NCBI GenBank assembly: GCA_043812955.1 | Contig: JBDRLN010000018.1 | Location: 13,849-77,848 of the forward strand | Length of the DNA stretch: 64,000 nucleotides | Origin: Candidatus Omnitrophota bacterium | GTDB lineage: Bacteria > Omnitrophota > Gorgyraeia > Gygaellales > Profunditerraquicolaceae | Direction of reading: 5' to 3' | The notes under the pieces: model-generated | Told to the model about the DNA's origin: nothing | The model's database searches: none | What the model saw: only the letters and a program-made list of their open reading frames with translations | Part shown: in pieces, positions 10,220 through 18,958 of the stretch | Layout: each line of letters starts with the position of its first letter | Position numbering within the stretch: position 1 is the stretch's first letter | Position numbers and translations under genes: made by a program

Positions 10220-11806
10220 TCATAATTTTATTACCTTTACAGCCAATATATTGTCCAGCTTTTTGATCTTTTCCAAAAGTTCAGGGGATATCGAGCTATC
10301 CACGTTTAATAAACTTACCGCTTCTTGACCCTCGATCTTACGGCCAAAGGTCATTGCCGCGATATTGATATTGTGCTTTCCTAAAAGCGTACCGATACTT
10401 CCGATGATCCCGGGTTTATCCCAATTTTTCATAGTCAACAAGTATCCTGACGGAGAAGCCTCAACATAAAAATCATCGATATTAACAATCCTGGGCTCTC
10501 TCTTCGGAGAAAGTGATGCCGCAAACTTACGGGTTTCTTTATCAGTGATTATCTTAAGCGAGATCAGGTTCACGAAATCCTCTTCCACTAAAGCCTTGGT
10601 CTCTTTGATCTGGATGCCCCTCGCCTTGGCGATTGGGATAGCATTGATAAAATTAACCGTATCTTTTAAAACCGGTTTTAAGAGCCCTTTGACTAATGCC
10701 ATAGTCAGAGAAGTGGTGTTATATTTGGTGATATCGCCGCTATACAAAATACTGATTTCATTGATCCTTCCCTCGATTATCTGGCCGGAAAAATCTCCCA
10801 ATTTCTCAGCCATAATTATATACGGCTGTAATACTTTATAAAGCTCTGAGTCAATATTTGGATAATTTGCCGCATTGCGAATGCCTTTACCGGATAAAAA
10901 ATCCCGCACGCATTCAGCTACTTCAATAGCTACGTTTACCTGGGCCTCTTCGGTTGAAGCCCCTAAATGGCAGCTGACTACCACATTATCCATTTTTAAT
11001 AATTCCGAATTCGGATCCGGCGGTTCTTTTTCAAATACGTCTAAAGCAGCACCCGCGATCTTGCCTTCTTTAAGCGCTTTGATCAAAGCCTGTTCTTCGA
11101 TTATCCCGCCCCTAGCGCAATTAATTACCCGAGCTGTCTTTTTCATTAAATTAAACTCTGCATCTGAAATCAGGTATTTAGTATCTTCGGTTAGAGGGAC
11201 ATGCACAGTAATAAAATCCGCAGTTTTTAATAATTCATTTAATTCTACCGCTTCGATCCCCATATGCTGGGCTGCTTCGCGGGATAAATAAGGATCGTAG
11301 GCCAAAACCTTCATCCCGAAAGAAAGCGCCCGCTTAGCCACTTCTGAACCGATTTTGCCCAGGCCGACTACACCCAGAATTTTCTGGTAAAGCTCGACTC
11401 CCATAAACTTAGAACGTTTCCATTCCCCGGCTTTAGTAGTAGAATTTGCCAAAGGGATACTCCGGGCCAAAGATAAAATAAGGCTCAAGGTCTGCTCGCA
11501 GGTAGAAATAGTATTGCCCGCCGGAGTATTCATTACCACTATGCCTCTCTCAGTTGCTGCCGGCAGATCTACGTTATCCAGGCCCACACCTGCCCTGCCG
11601 ATAACTTTCAGTTTATTGGCCGCGGCAATAATATCCTTGGTCACCTTGGTAGCGCTCCTGATTAAAAGGGCATCGTAATCTCCGACCATAGCCTTTAATT
11701 CTTCTGGCTTCATCCCGGTCTTGATGTCAACCTGAAAATCCTTATTTGACTTTAATATTTTTAAACCTTCTTCGGACAAAGAATCACTGACTAGAATTTT
11801 GAACAT
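10220..11806 (-). CDS. serA: D-3-phosphoglycerate dehydrogenase (with C-terminal ACT domain)
   Basis: 528 aa with the NAD-binding VGLGKIGSEVAKRA motif, the 2-hydroxyacid dehydrogenase catalytic region and a C-terminal ACT-like region. Confidence 0.9.
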   Translation of the reverse strand: MFKILVSDSLSEEGLKILKSNKDFQVDIKTGMKPEELKAMVGDYDALLIRSATKVTKDIIAAANKLKVIGRAGVGLDNVDLPAATERGIVVMNTPAGNTISTCEQTLSLILSLARSIPLANSTTKAGEWKRSKFMGVELYQKILGVVGLGKIGSEVAKRALSFGMKVLAYDPYLSREAAQHMGIEAVELNELLKTADFITVHVPLTEDTKYLISDAEFNLMKKTARVINCARGGIIEEQALIKALKEGKIAGAALDVFEKEPPDPNSELLKMDNVVVSCHLGASTEEAQVNVAIEVAECVRDFLSGKGIRNAANYPNIDSELYKVLQPYIIMAEKLGDFSGQIIEGRINEISILYSGDITKYNTTSLTMALVKGLLKPVLKDTVNFINAIPIAKARGIQIKETKALVEEDFVNLISLKIITDKETRKFAASLSPKREPRIVNIDDFYVEASPSGYLLTMKNWDKPGIIGSIGTLLGKHNINIAAMTFGRKIEGQEAVSLLNVDSSISPELLEKIKKLDNILAVKVIKL

Positions 11807-11847
11807 CGCGTTAATCCTCCTTACTTATCTGTTAAATATAATCTAGG

Positions 11848-11925
11848 CATAGGTAAAGGTGTAGGTATAGAAAAATTTACGCCTTAAAAAATGCTTTACT
11901 CTACCTCTACCTTTTCCTTTACCTT
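11848..11925. repeat. Intergenic inverted-repeat family F, copy 2 (GCATAGGTAAAGGTGTAGGTATAG ... CTCTACCTCTACCTTTTCCTTTACC)
   Basis: Same GGTAAAGGTRTAGGTA ... TACCTMTACC architecture as 6983-7056, here between the serA start and the aminotransferase stop. Confidence 0.5.
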
Positions 11926-11927
11926 CT

Positions 11928-13064
11928 TTATTTTAAAAATATCTCTTCCGCTGCTTTGACCCCTGCGCCCAATTGAAACTTATAACCCATCTGGGTCAGG
12001 ACTTTTTCTAAACAAGATATTCCTAAAATAATATCAAACTCTCCGATATAACCCATGTGGGCGATCCGGATAAGCTTGCCTTTCATTTCTGATTGGCCGC
12101 CGGCAATAGTAACCCCATGAGTATCCCGCATAGTCTTGACCAGCTTTTCTCCGTCGATTCCAGCCGGAACTTTAGCCGCGGTTACCACATCTGACGCAGC
12201 GTGAGGTGCAAAAAGCTCTAACCCTAAAGCTTTCATTGCAGCCCTGGTAGCATCCGCCATTTTCTGGTGCCGCTTAAAAATATTCTCCAGGCCATCCTGT
12301 TTCATTAATTTGATTGCTTCGTTAAGCGCAATAATCAAACCAATAGCCGGTGTCCAGGGAGTATCGGTGCTCTCGTAAGCCTTCTGGCAGGCTTTTAAAC
12401 TAAAATAATATTTCGGGCATTTAGATGTTTCGATCAATTTCCAGGCCTTGGGGCTGACTGAAATAAAACCTAGTCCCGGAGGAAGCATCAGCCCTTTTTG
12501 AGAACCTGAAACCACTACATCGCAATTCCAGGCATCGGTCTTTAAATCAATCGCTCCTAAGCCGCTGATAGCATCAACCACCAATACTGCCGGAGTATCT
12601 TTTAAAACCGCACCGATCGCCTGCATATCTACCGCGACACCGGTTGAAGTTTCGCAAAGAGTAGTAAATACCGCCTTTATTTTGGGATTGCTCTTTAATT
12701 TTTTTTCTATCTCTTTGGGGTCTACTGCCTGGCCCCATTCCACTTTTAATACTTCACAATTAATCCCGTAGGCTTGGGCGATTTCAGTCCAGCGCTCGCC
12801 GAATTTACCGCCCTCTACAGTGATAACCGTATCGCCTGGCGAAAGCAGATTTATAACTGCCGCCTCCATCGCCCCGGTTCCGGAAGAAGCTAAAATAAAG
12901 ACGTTACTGGTGGTCTGGTATACGTATTTTAAACCTTCATGCGCTTCTTTTAATATCACCTGGAACTGCGGAGTGCGGTGATGGATTATTGGTCTGGCCA
13001 AAGCCTCACAAACTTCCGCCGGCAATGGTGTCGGGCCTGGAGTAAGTAAATAATTTTTCTTCAT
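11928..13064 (-). CDS. class V aminotransferase, AGXT (serine-pyruvate / alanine-glyoxylate) family; candidate non-canonical phosphoserine aminotransferase
   Basis: 378 aa with PLP-fold motifs and the lysine region SGSQKGLMLPPGLG; it sits immediately downstream of serA. Confidence 0.75.
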   Translation of the reverse strand: MKKNYLLTPGPTPLPAEVCEALARPIIHHRTPQFQVILKEAHEGLKYVYQTTSNVFILASSGTGAMEAAVINLLSPGDTVITVEGGKFGERWTEIAQAYGINCEVLKVEWGQAVDPKEIEKKLKSNPKIKAVFTTLCETSTGVAVDMQAIGAVLKDTPAVLVVDAISGLGAIDLKTDAWNCDVVVSGSQKGLMLPPGLGFISVSPKAWKLIETSKCPKYYFSLKACQKAYESTDTPWTPAIGLIIALNEAIKLMKQDGLENIFKRHQKMADATRAAMKALGLELFAPHAASDVVTAAKVPAGIDGEKLVKTMRDTHGVTIAGGQSEMKGKLIRIAHMGYIGEFDIILGISCLEKVLTQMGYKFQLGAGVKAAEEIFLK

Positions 13065-13091
13065 CGTAATTCCCTCCCATCTTAACCACTC

Positions 13092-13124
13092 CCACCCCGT
13101 AGGTGTCTTACACCTACGGGGTGG
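13092..13124. repeat. Repeat family C hairpin, perfect 14-bp stem (CCACCCCGTAGGTG tctta CACCTACGGGGTGG)
   Basis: Intergenic between the clpP stop and the aminotransferase start. An identical copy lies at 22698-22730, and diverged in-frame derivatives sit inside the giant gene at 31268-31294 and 61111-61150. Confidence 0.8.
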
Positions 13125-13130
13125 CTGTGG

Positions 13131-13736
13131 TTATTTTTTCTTACCTATAAATACTTCATCCACTAAGCCATACTCTTTGGCTTCCTGGGCTGACATAAAA
13201 AAATCCCGGTCGCTGTCATTTTTAATCCTCTCAATCAACTGGCCGGTATGCATTGCCAGAATCTCATTTACTCTATCTCTGAGTTTTAAAATCTCCTGGG
13301 CATGCCTGGAGATATCTTCTGCCGCTCCCTGAACCCCTCCCCAGGGCTGGTGTATCATAACCCGCGAGTTAGGCAAAGAAGAACGTTTCCCTTTGGTTCC
13401 GGCGCATAAAAGAATTGCCCCCATACTGGCAGCCTGGCCCACGCAATAAGTAGCCACATCGCACTTAATAAATTGCATTGTATCATAAATAGCCATCCCG
13501 GAAGTAACCGAACCTCCGGGCGAATTAATATAAAGGCTGATATCTTTGGCCGCATCTTCCTGCTGTAAAAATAACATCTGGGCAATAATCAGATTTGCCA
13601 CATTATCATCTATGGCAGTGCCTAAAAAAATTATCCTGTCCTTTAAAAGCCGGGAGTAAATATCATAAGCCCTTTCATAACCCCGGGCAGTCTGCTCGAT
13701 CACCATCGGAACCAAAACCTGATTCTTAATATCCAT
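13131..13736 (-). CDS. clpP: ATP-dependent Clp protease proteolytic subunit
   Basis: ClpP catalytic motifs GQAASMGA and MIHQPWGG. The ORF track start at 13790 is probably too long: the ATG at 13736 ([16 protein letters not shown]...) is preceded by AAGGAGGTGGAGA. Confidence 0.88.
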   Translation of the reverse strand: MDIKNQVLVPMVIEQTARGYERAYDIYSRLLKDRIIFLGTAIDDNVANLIIAQMLFLQQEDAAKDISLYINSPGGSVTSGMAIYDTMQFIKCDVATYCVGQAASMGAILLCAGTKGKRSSLPNSRVMIHQPWGGVQGAAEDISRHAQEILKLRDRVNEILAMHTGQLIERIKNDSDRDFFMSAQEAKEYGLVDEVFIGKKK

Positions 13737-13842
13737 TCTCCACCTCCTTAAGCTCACACCTGCGCCGTAGGCGCATTTAGCGAAATCCACCAGCCCTTTT
13801 GGATATTTACTTAACGTAGGTTCCCTAAAAGGGCTAGGCTAG

Positions 13843-14718
13843 TTATTTAATTTCCCAATTTGCTTCTCTGAACAAAAACTCCATTACCTTCTGCGGCATA
13901 TGGTCGTCTACTATTATATTCTCTTTTTTAGCTATGGCAGCCAGGATCATATAGATTTTTACTTGTTTTCTCGCCTGCGGCTCCAATTCCTGGGCAATCT
14001 TTTTCTCCTCTTCTTCGATCTTCTCTTTAGGCACTCCCTTTATAGCCAAGTCCACCTTAGTCTGCCGGAGCAGGTCTTCCTGCTGCTTTTTTACCAATGA
14101 CTCCGGAAGTTTAAAATCCAGTTCCTTGGTAAGCGCTTCGACGACCTGGCCTTCAACTTTCTGGCGCTGCTGATTATCTTTTTGGGCAGCCAGCTGCCTC
14201 TCCATTACCTTCTCCAACTCAGCGATATTAGGATAACCTAAACTCCTGGCAAAATTATCGTCTAGTGTTTGAGCCTTGCGCGATTCCTTGATAGAATCGA
14301 TATTACGCTTGATTTCATCTGCGCTAACTATCGCATTCTGATATTCAATCTTTAAACCCTTGTATTTATTGACTGCTATCTCCGGCATTATCTCTAATCT
14401 CGCCTTAAAAGAAAGCACATTCCTGTCTAACTTAACATCGGTTATCTGAGGCAAGTCTATGACTCCTAAATTCTCTTTATCCAGGGCCTGGCCATAAACC
14501 TCAGGTATTAATTCCCGCATAACCTGCTCATGGGCCAAAGAAGAATAATTCTTTTCCAATATATCCCGCGGCACATGCCCGGGACGGAAACCTTTTACTT
14601 TAGCTTCCTGGCCTATCCTTTTAAAAACATCCTCAAATTTATTCTTGACCACATCTCCACTGACTTCCACGGATATTTCTCTCTTGGCGTCATCGATTAC
14701 CTTAACTTCAGTTTTCAT
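13843..14718 (-). CDS. tig: trigger factor, short form lacking the central FKBP-type PPIase domain
   Basis: 291 aa. The N-terminal ribosome-binding domain carries the GFRPGHVP signature and is followed directly by the C-terminal chaperone arm. No FKBP segment is present, whereas typical tig products are about 430 aa. Confidence 0.7.
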   Translation of the reverse strand: MKTEVKVIDDAKREISVEVSGDVVKNKFEDVFKRIGQEAKVKGFRPGHVPRDILEKNYSSLAHEQVMRELIPEVYGQALDKENLGVIDLPQITDVKLDRNVLSFKARLEIMPEIAVNKYKGLKIEYQNAIVSADEIKRNIDSIKESRKAQTLDDNFARSLGYPNIAELEKVMERQLAAQKDNQQRQKVEGQVVEALTKELDFKLPESLVKKQQEDLLRQTKVDLAIKGVPKEKIEEEEKKIAQELEPQARKQVKIYMILAAIAKKENIIVDDHMPQKVMEFLFREANWEIK

Positions 14719-14740
14719 TGGTTGCTATTCTCCTTCTTTT

Positions 14741-14812
14741 TTTTACACGGATTTCCGCGGATTATCCGCGTAAATCCGTTATTTTATCTGCGTGTATCCG
14801 CGTTTTACATCC
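14741..14812. repeat. Intergenic repeat family D, copy 2
   Basis: TTTTTTTTACACGGATTTCCGCGGATTATCCGCGTAAATCCGTTATTTTATCTGCGTGTATCCGCGTTTTA, nearly identical to 3176-3290 and likewise just upstream of a minus-strand gene start (tig). Confidence 0.6.
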
Positions 14813-15527
14813 TAAATTTTTCCCCTAAATATATCTCTTTAGCCTTAGGGTTATTGATCAGTTCTTCGGTCGGACCCGAAATCAAAATCCTGCCGTCAGC
14901 GATCAAGTAAGCCCGATCAGTAATTGACAAGGTCTCTCTTACATTATGGTCGGTAAGTAAAATTCCTAAGCCTTTCTGTTTTAATTCTTTAATGATCTCC
15001 TGGGCTTCATTAACAATGATCGGATCTATCCCGGAAAACGGCTCATCTAAAAGTATAAATGACGGATTGGTAACCAATGCCCGGGTGATCTCTAAACGCC
15101 TTCTCTCCCCGCCGGAAAGGGTAAAGGCCTTATTCCTGGCCAGATGGGCGATCTTTAATTCCTCAAGCAAATTCTTCAACCTCTTCAAACGATGCTTCTT
15201 GTTCATCGGAAGAGTCTCTAAGATCGCCATAATATTTTCTTCAACCGTGAGCTTCCGGAATATCGACGGCTCCTGAGAAAGATAGCCTATGCCGTAACGC
15301 GAACGCTCGTGTATCGGTAAAGAAGTTATATCCTCATTATCAAAAATGATCTTTCCTTTATTAGGCGGAATGATCCCGACCACCATATAGAATGTTGTAG
15401 TCTTGCCCGCGCCGTTAGGGCCCAAAAGCCCGACTATCTCGCCGCGTTTAACCAACATATCAACACCCTTAACTACTTCCCTGCCATCGTAGGATTTGGA
15501 TAAACCCTTAATTTCCAGTAAGTGCAC
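14805..15527 (-). CDS. lptB: LPS export ABC transporter ATP-binding protein
   Basis: 240 aa with Walker A GPNGAGKTT, ABC signature LSGGERRRLEI and Walker B ILLDEP; it sits in the lpt/kds context. Confidence 0.85.
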   Translation of the reverse strand: MHLLEIKGLSKSYDGREVVKGVDMLVKRGEIVGLLGPNGAGKTTTFYMVVGIIPPNKGKIIFDNEDITSLPIHERSRYGIGYLSQEPSIFRKLTVEENIMAILETLPMNKKHRLKRLKNLLEELKIAHLARNKAFTLSGGERRRLEITRALVTNPSFILLDEPFSGIDPIIVNEAQEIIKELKQKGLGILLTDHNVRETLSITDRAYLIADGRILISGPTEELINNPKAKEIYLGEKFRM

Positions 15528-16428
15528 CTTTAAAATCCTCCGCTGAGGCTATCTCAAGTTTTGGCCTTCCTGAGAGTATGATCTTATTATCCACTGAGTT
15601 ATAGATCGCCTCATCACTGTAAGAGACGTTGCTCCCCCGAACTATCTTAACATTGCCCCAGGCCCGGATTTTATCAATCTGCGAACCCATGAACATCGAA
15701 CCTTCGCCGATAATTTCGGGTTTTTTTGGCGCTGCTTTTTTATCTGAGGAGCTAAAATATATATCCATTATATCGCTATAGATAGTCATATCATCAGTGA
15801 CTACTTTAACGTTCTTATTAAAAGTAGCGGTTTTTTTACGATAATCGATCTGTAAAGGCCCATCGCAGGTAATCATTACCTTGCCAAAACCTTTTCCTTT
15901 AGTCTTGGATCCGGGAAGCGGTAAAACATCCACCGATACATCCTTGGATAAGCTAGCCTGACTTAAGTCTGGATGGCTTATCGCGCCTTTACCGGTAGTA
16001 ACCACATTTTCTTTTTCTATTTTTACGCTATCCTCGGTAGAAATAGTCTTATTCTGCTTATCCCAATCTAAGGAATCGGTAGTCATCTTGGCTCCAGAAG
16101 AAATAGTCACTACTACATTCTTCTCTAGATGCATCTTTCCGGCGCTACGGTTATAATCCCCGGTATCAGCCATTAAGGTAACGTTATCCTGCTCCCCGTA
16201 AAAATTACTGGTAATATTATTAAGTTTTATGCTCTCCGCCGAAATATCCGCGGATTTTCCTTTAATATCCCAATTCCTTTTGCCCTTATCAGCGTAACCA
16301 GAAAGGGTAAAATCCTGGACCTGCTGGTCAGAGTCATTATTCGACTGGTTAGTGTTATCCGCAGCCTGAGCAGGCGTTGCGGAAAATATCAGAATCAGCA
16401 TTAAAGGAACCAGTCTTTTAAATATCAT
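15508..16428 (-). CDS. LptA/OstA-family periplasmic LPS transport protein
   Basis: 306 aa. A signal peptide MIFKRLVPLMLILIFSATPAQA is followed by repeated OstA-like beta-jellyroll segments (MHLEKNVVVT, FNKNVKVVTDDMTIYSD, AWGNVKIVRGSNVSYSDEAIY). Confidence 0.65.
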   Translation of the reverse strand: MIFKRLVPLMLILIFSATPAQAADNTNQSNNDSDQQVQDFTLSGYADKGKRNWDIKGKSADISAESIKLNNITSNFYGEQDNVTLMADTGDYNRSAGKMHLEKNVVVTISSGAKMTTDSLDWDKQNKTISTEDSVKIEKENVVTTGKGAISHPDLSQASLSKDVSVDVLPLPGSKTKGKGFGKVMITCDGPLQIDYRKKTATFNKNVKVVTDDMTIYSDIMDIYFSSSDKKAAPKKPEIIGEGSMFMGSQIDKIRAWGNVKIVRGSNVSYSDEAIYNSVDNKIILSGRPKLEIASAEDFKGALTGN

Positions 16429-16945
16429 AAAACCCGACCGCTTCTTTCCATTTCCCCTGAGTCTTAAGGATCAGTTCGGCAATCTCCCTGACCGCGCCCC
16501 TGCCCCCTTCTTTCATCGTAATATAAGAGGCCACTCTTTTGACTTCCGGACAAGCGTTAAACACAGCCACCGAAAAACCCACCCTCTTCATCAGACAGAT
16601 GTCCACCAGGTCGTCGCCGGCAAAACATACCTCATCCTTAGTCAACCTGTATTTCTTTAGAATCTTCGCCAGAACCTTACTCTTAGGAGTTATATTTTTA
16701 AATACCATATCTACCCGCATATCCCGGGCCCGGGGTTTGATCGCCCGCGAATCTTTGGCAGTGATAAGTACCGTCGGAATACCGCACTTTTTCAAAAGAT
16801 ATACTCCCAGTCCATCATGCACGTCAAAGGACTTCAGATCCGAGCCTTTAGAATCATAGACTATCCTTCCGTCGGTCAGGACCCCGTCAACATCCAATAA
16901 CAATAGTTTAACCTTCTTGGCTTTCTCTAGTATATATTCTTCCAT
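16418..16945 (-). CDS. kdsC: 3-deoxy-D-manno-octulosonate 8-phosphate phosphatase (HAD family)
   Basis: 175 aa with the HAD motif I LLLLDVDGVLTDG; the KdsC size and position next to kdsD fit. Confidence 0.85.
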   Translation of the reverse strand: MEEYILEKAKKVKLLLLDVDGVLTDGRIVYDSKGSDLKSFDVHDGLGVYLLKKCGIPTVLITAKDSRAIKPRARDMRVDMVFKNITPKSKVLAKILKKYRLTKDEVCFAGDDLVDICLMKRVGFSVAVFNACPEVKRVASYITMKEGGRGAVREIAELILKTQGKWKEAVGFYDI

Positions 16946-16958
16946 TTTTTTAGGGGAA

Positions 16959-17930
16959 TTAAACCAGACCTGCCCTTAACAAATCCTGGATATCCAAGAG
17001 CCCGACCGGCTTATTATTTTTATCCACAACCGGGATTTCGTCAATCTTTTTTTCTTCCAGGATACGCATGCCTTCGGCAGCCAGCCTATCCGCAGTAATC
17101 ACTAAAGGATCCTTGGTCATTATCTCTTTGATCTTACGCCGGGTGAGATTAACATCCTCCTCTAAATGCCGGCGCAGGTCTCCGTCGGTAAATATACCAA
17201 CGAGCCTCCCTTTATTATCCACTATTGTGGCTGAGCCTGCCCTGGCCTGGGTTATTTTAAGTAAGACTTGAGAAACTCTCATATCTTCACTGACTACAGG
17301 GCTGGCTTTTCCAGTGCGCATAATATCGCTTACCTTTAAAAGCAGGCGCTTGCCTAAAGCCCCGCCGGGATGAAAAAAAGCGAAATCCTTCTCCTTAAAA
17401 CCTTTTAGTTCCAACAGACAAACTGCCAAAGCATCCGCCATAGCCAAAGCAGCGGTAGTAGACGCGGTAGGAGCCAGACCTAAAGAACAAGCCTCTTTTT
17501 TAACCGACACATCCAAAACCGAATCGCTATATTTTGCTAAAAGAGATTTGAGATTTCCGGTAAGGGCTATGACCTTAGAGCCTATTTTTTTTAAAAGCGG
17601 CATTAATTGCCTTAATTCTTCGCTTGAGCCGCTATTAGAGATTATTATTACCACATCATCGCAAGTCACTCTGCCTAAATCACCATGAACTGCCTCGGTA
17701 GTATGCAAAAATAAACTGGGAGTGCCTGTTGAAGCTAAAGTAGCAGAAAACTTCTGGGCGATAATACCGGTCTTGCCCATTCCGCTGACCACAATCCTCC
17801 CCCTGGCCTTAAACATTAGGTCCAGGGCTTTTGTAAATTCATCGCCTAGGCGAGATTTTAAAACCCTGATCGCCTCGATCTCAATATCCAGGACTTCTCT
17901 CGCTCTTTTTATAGTATTCATTCTATACAT
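16959..17930 (-). CDS. kdsD: arabinose-5-phosphate isomerase (SIS domain + tandem CBS)
   Basis: 323 aa with the SIS motif VVSGMGKTG, followed by two CBS-like repeats. Confidence 0.88.
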   Translation of the reverse strand: MYRMNTIKRAREVLDIEIEAIRVLKSRLGDEFTKALDLMFKARGRIVVSGMGKTGIIAQKFSATLASTGTPSLFLHTTEAVHGDLGRVTCDDVVIIISNSGSSEELRQLMPLLKKIGSKVIALTGNLKSLLAKYSDSVLDVSVKKEACSLGLAPTASTTAALAMADALAVCLLELKGFKEKDFAFFHPGGALGKRLLLKVSDIMRTGKASPVVSEDMRVSQVLLKITQARAGSATIVDNKGRLVGIFTDGDLRRHLEEDVNLTRRKIKEIMTKDPLVITADRLAAEGMRILEEKKIDEIPVVDKNNKPVGLLDIQDLLRAGLV

Positions 17931-17933
17931 GAT

Positions 17934-18045
17934 GACACGCTGTCCTATCTAATCGGGACACGCTGTCCTAACTGAAGCGGAAACAGTGTCCCCTTTGACT
18001 TGGACAGCGTGTCCGCTTTAGCTCTAACAGCGTGGCAGGGATTCA
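17934..18045. repeat. Repeat family A cluster: iterated imperfect palindrome GGACACGCTGTCC / GGACAGCGTGTCC with flanks (CTAATCGGGACACGCTGTCC ... AAGCGGAAACAGTGTCC ... GGACAGCGTGTCCGCTTTAGCT ... ACAGCGTGGCAGGG)
   Basis: Fills the whole kdsD-kdsA intergenic space. Units of 40-65 nt nearly identical to it occur in-frame in the giant gene at 26208-26280 and 59308-59372. The plus-strand ORFs 18000..18275 and 18032..18283 are just translations of this element. Confidence 0.8.
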
Positions 18046-18864
18046 GGGATTCAGGGATTTTTCTATGCTTTTTACCTGCCTTAATAAACTCTCCAGCTCT
18101 TTCAGATCAATCATATTCGGCCCGTCGCAAAGAGCCTTCCCCAGAGAAACATGCACTTCTAAAAATAACCCATCGCAGCCAAAAGCTACAGCTGCCCGAG
18201 ACAACCCTGAAACAAATTCTCTCTGGCCTCCGGAAGAAGTGCCTTTTCCTCCGGGAAGCTGGATACTATGGGTAGCGTCATAAATTACCGGATAACCAAA
18301 CCCCCGAATTATTGCCAGGGAGCGTAAATCGGAAACTAAATTATTATAACCGAATGAAAAACCTCTCTCAGTGATCAGAATGGATTTATTCCCAGTTGAT
18401 TCTGCCTTTCTGATGATCGGCTGGATATCCCAAGGCGCTATAAATTGCCCTTTCTTAATATTAACTACCTTGCCACTTTTGGCTGCCGCTACCACTAAAT
18501 CAGTCTGACGGCATAATAAAGCCGGGATCTGGATTACGTCCAAAACTTTACTTACCTCAATAACTTCCTTCTGGCAGTGCACATCGCTTAATACCGGAAC
18601 TTTGATCTTTTGTTTTACCTTATGTAAAATATCCAAACCCTTTTTTAATCCCGGTCCTCGATAAGACTCTAAAGACATCCGGTTAGCCTTATCAAAACTG
18701 GACTTAAAAATAAAAGGTACGCCCAGTTTCACCGTGATATCTTTAATCCTGCGGGCCGCGTCTAAACAATTAGTTTCGGATTCAATAACACAAGGCCCGG
18801 CAATCAACGCTAAAGGATTGCCCCCTCCGATTTTTATATCCTGTATTTTTACGACTCTGGTCAT
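18043..18864 (-). CDS. kdsA: 2-dehydro-3-deoxyphosphooctonate aldolase (KDO-8-phosphate synthase)
   Basis: 273 aa with the LALIAGPCVIESE N-terminus and the KASFDKANR motif. Confidence 0.92.
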   Translation of the reverse strand: MTRVVKIQDIKIGGGNPLALIAGPCVIESETNCLDAARRIKDITVKLGVPFIFKSSFDKANRMSLESYRGPGLKKGLDILHKVKQKIKVPVLSDVHCQKEVIEVSKVLDVIQIPALLCRQTDLVVAAAKSGKVVNIKKGQFIAPWDIQPIIRKAESTGNKSILITERGFSFGYNNLVSDLRSLAIIRGFGYPVIYDATHSIQLPGGKGTSSGGQREFVSGLSRAAVAFGCDGLFLEVHVSLGKALCDGPNMIDLKELESLLRQVKSIEKSLNP

Positions 18865-18958
18865 AATTAAAAAGTTTTCCCGCTCATAACCTTCAGGATT
18901 AGGCGGAATCCCGCATTATCTCAAATTCTATTGCGGGAAAAGAAAGATTAAAGTAAAT

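Noticed and set aside
18000-18283. Plus-strand ORFs 18000..18275 and 18032..18283 overlapping kdsA
   Set aside because: They start inside the family A repeat and run antisense through the well-supported kdsA gene. Their N-terminal peptide (DSVSALALTAWQG) is simply the repeat read in its open frame.
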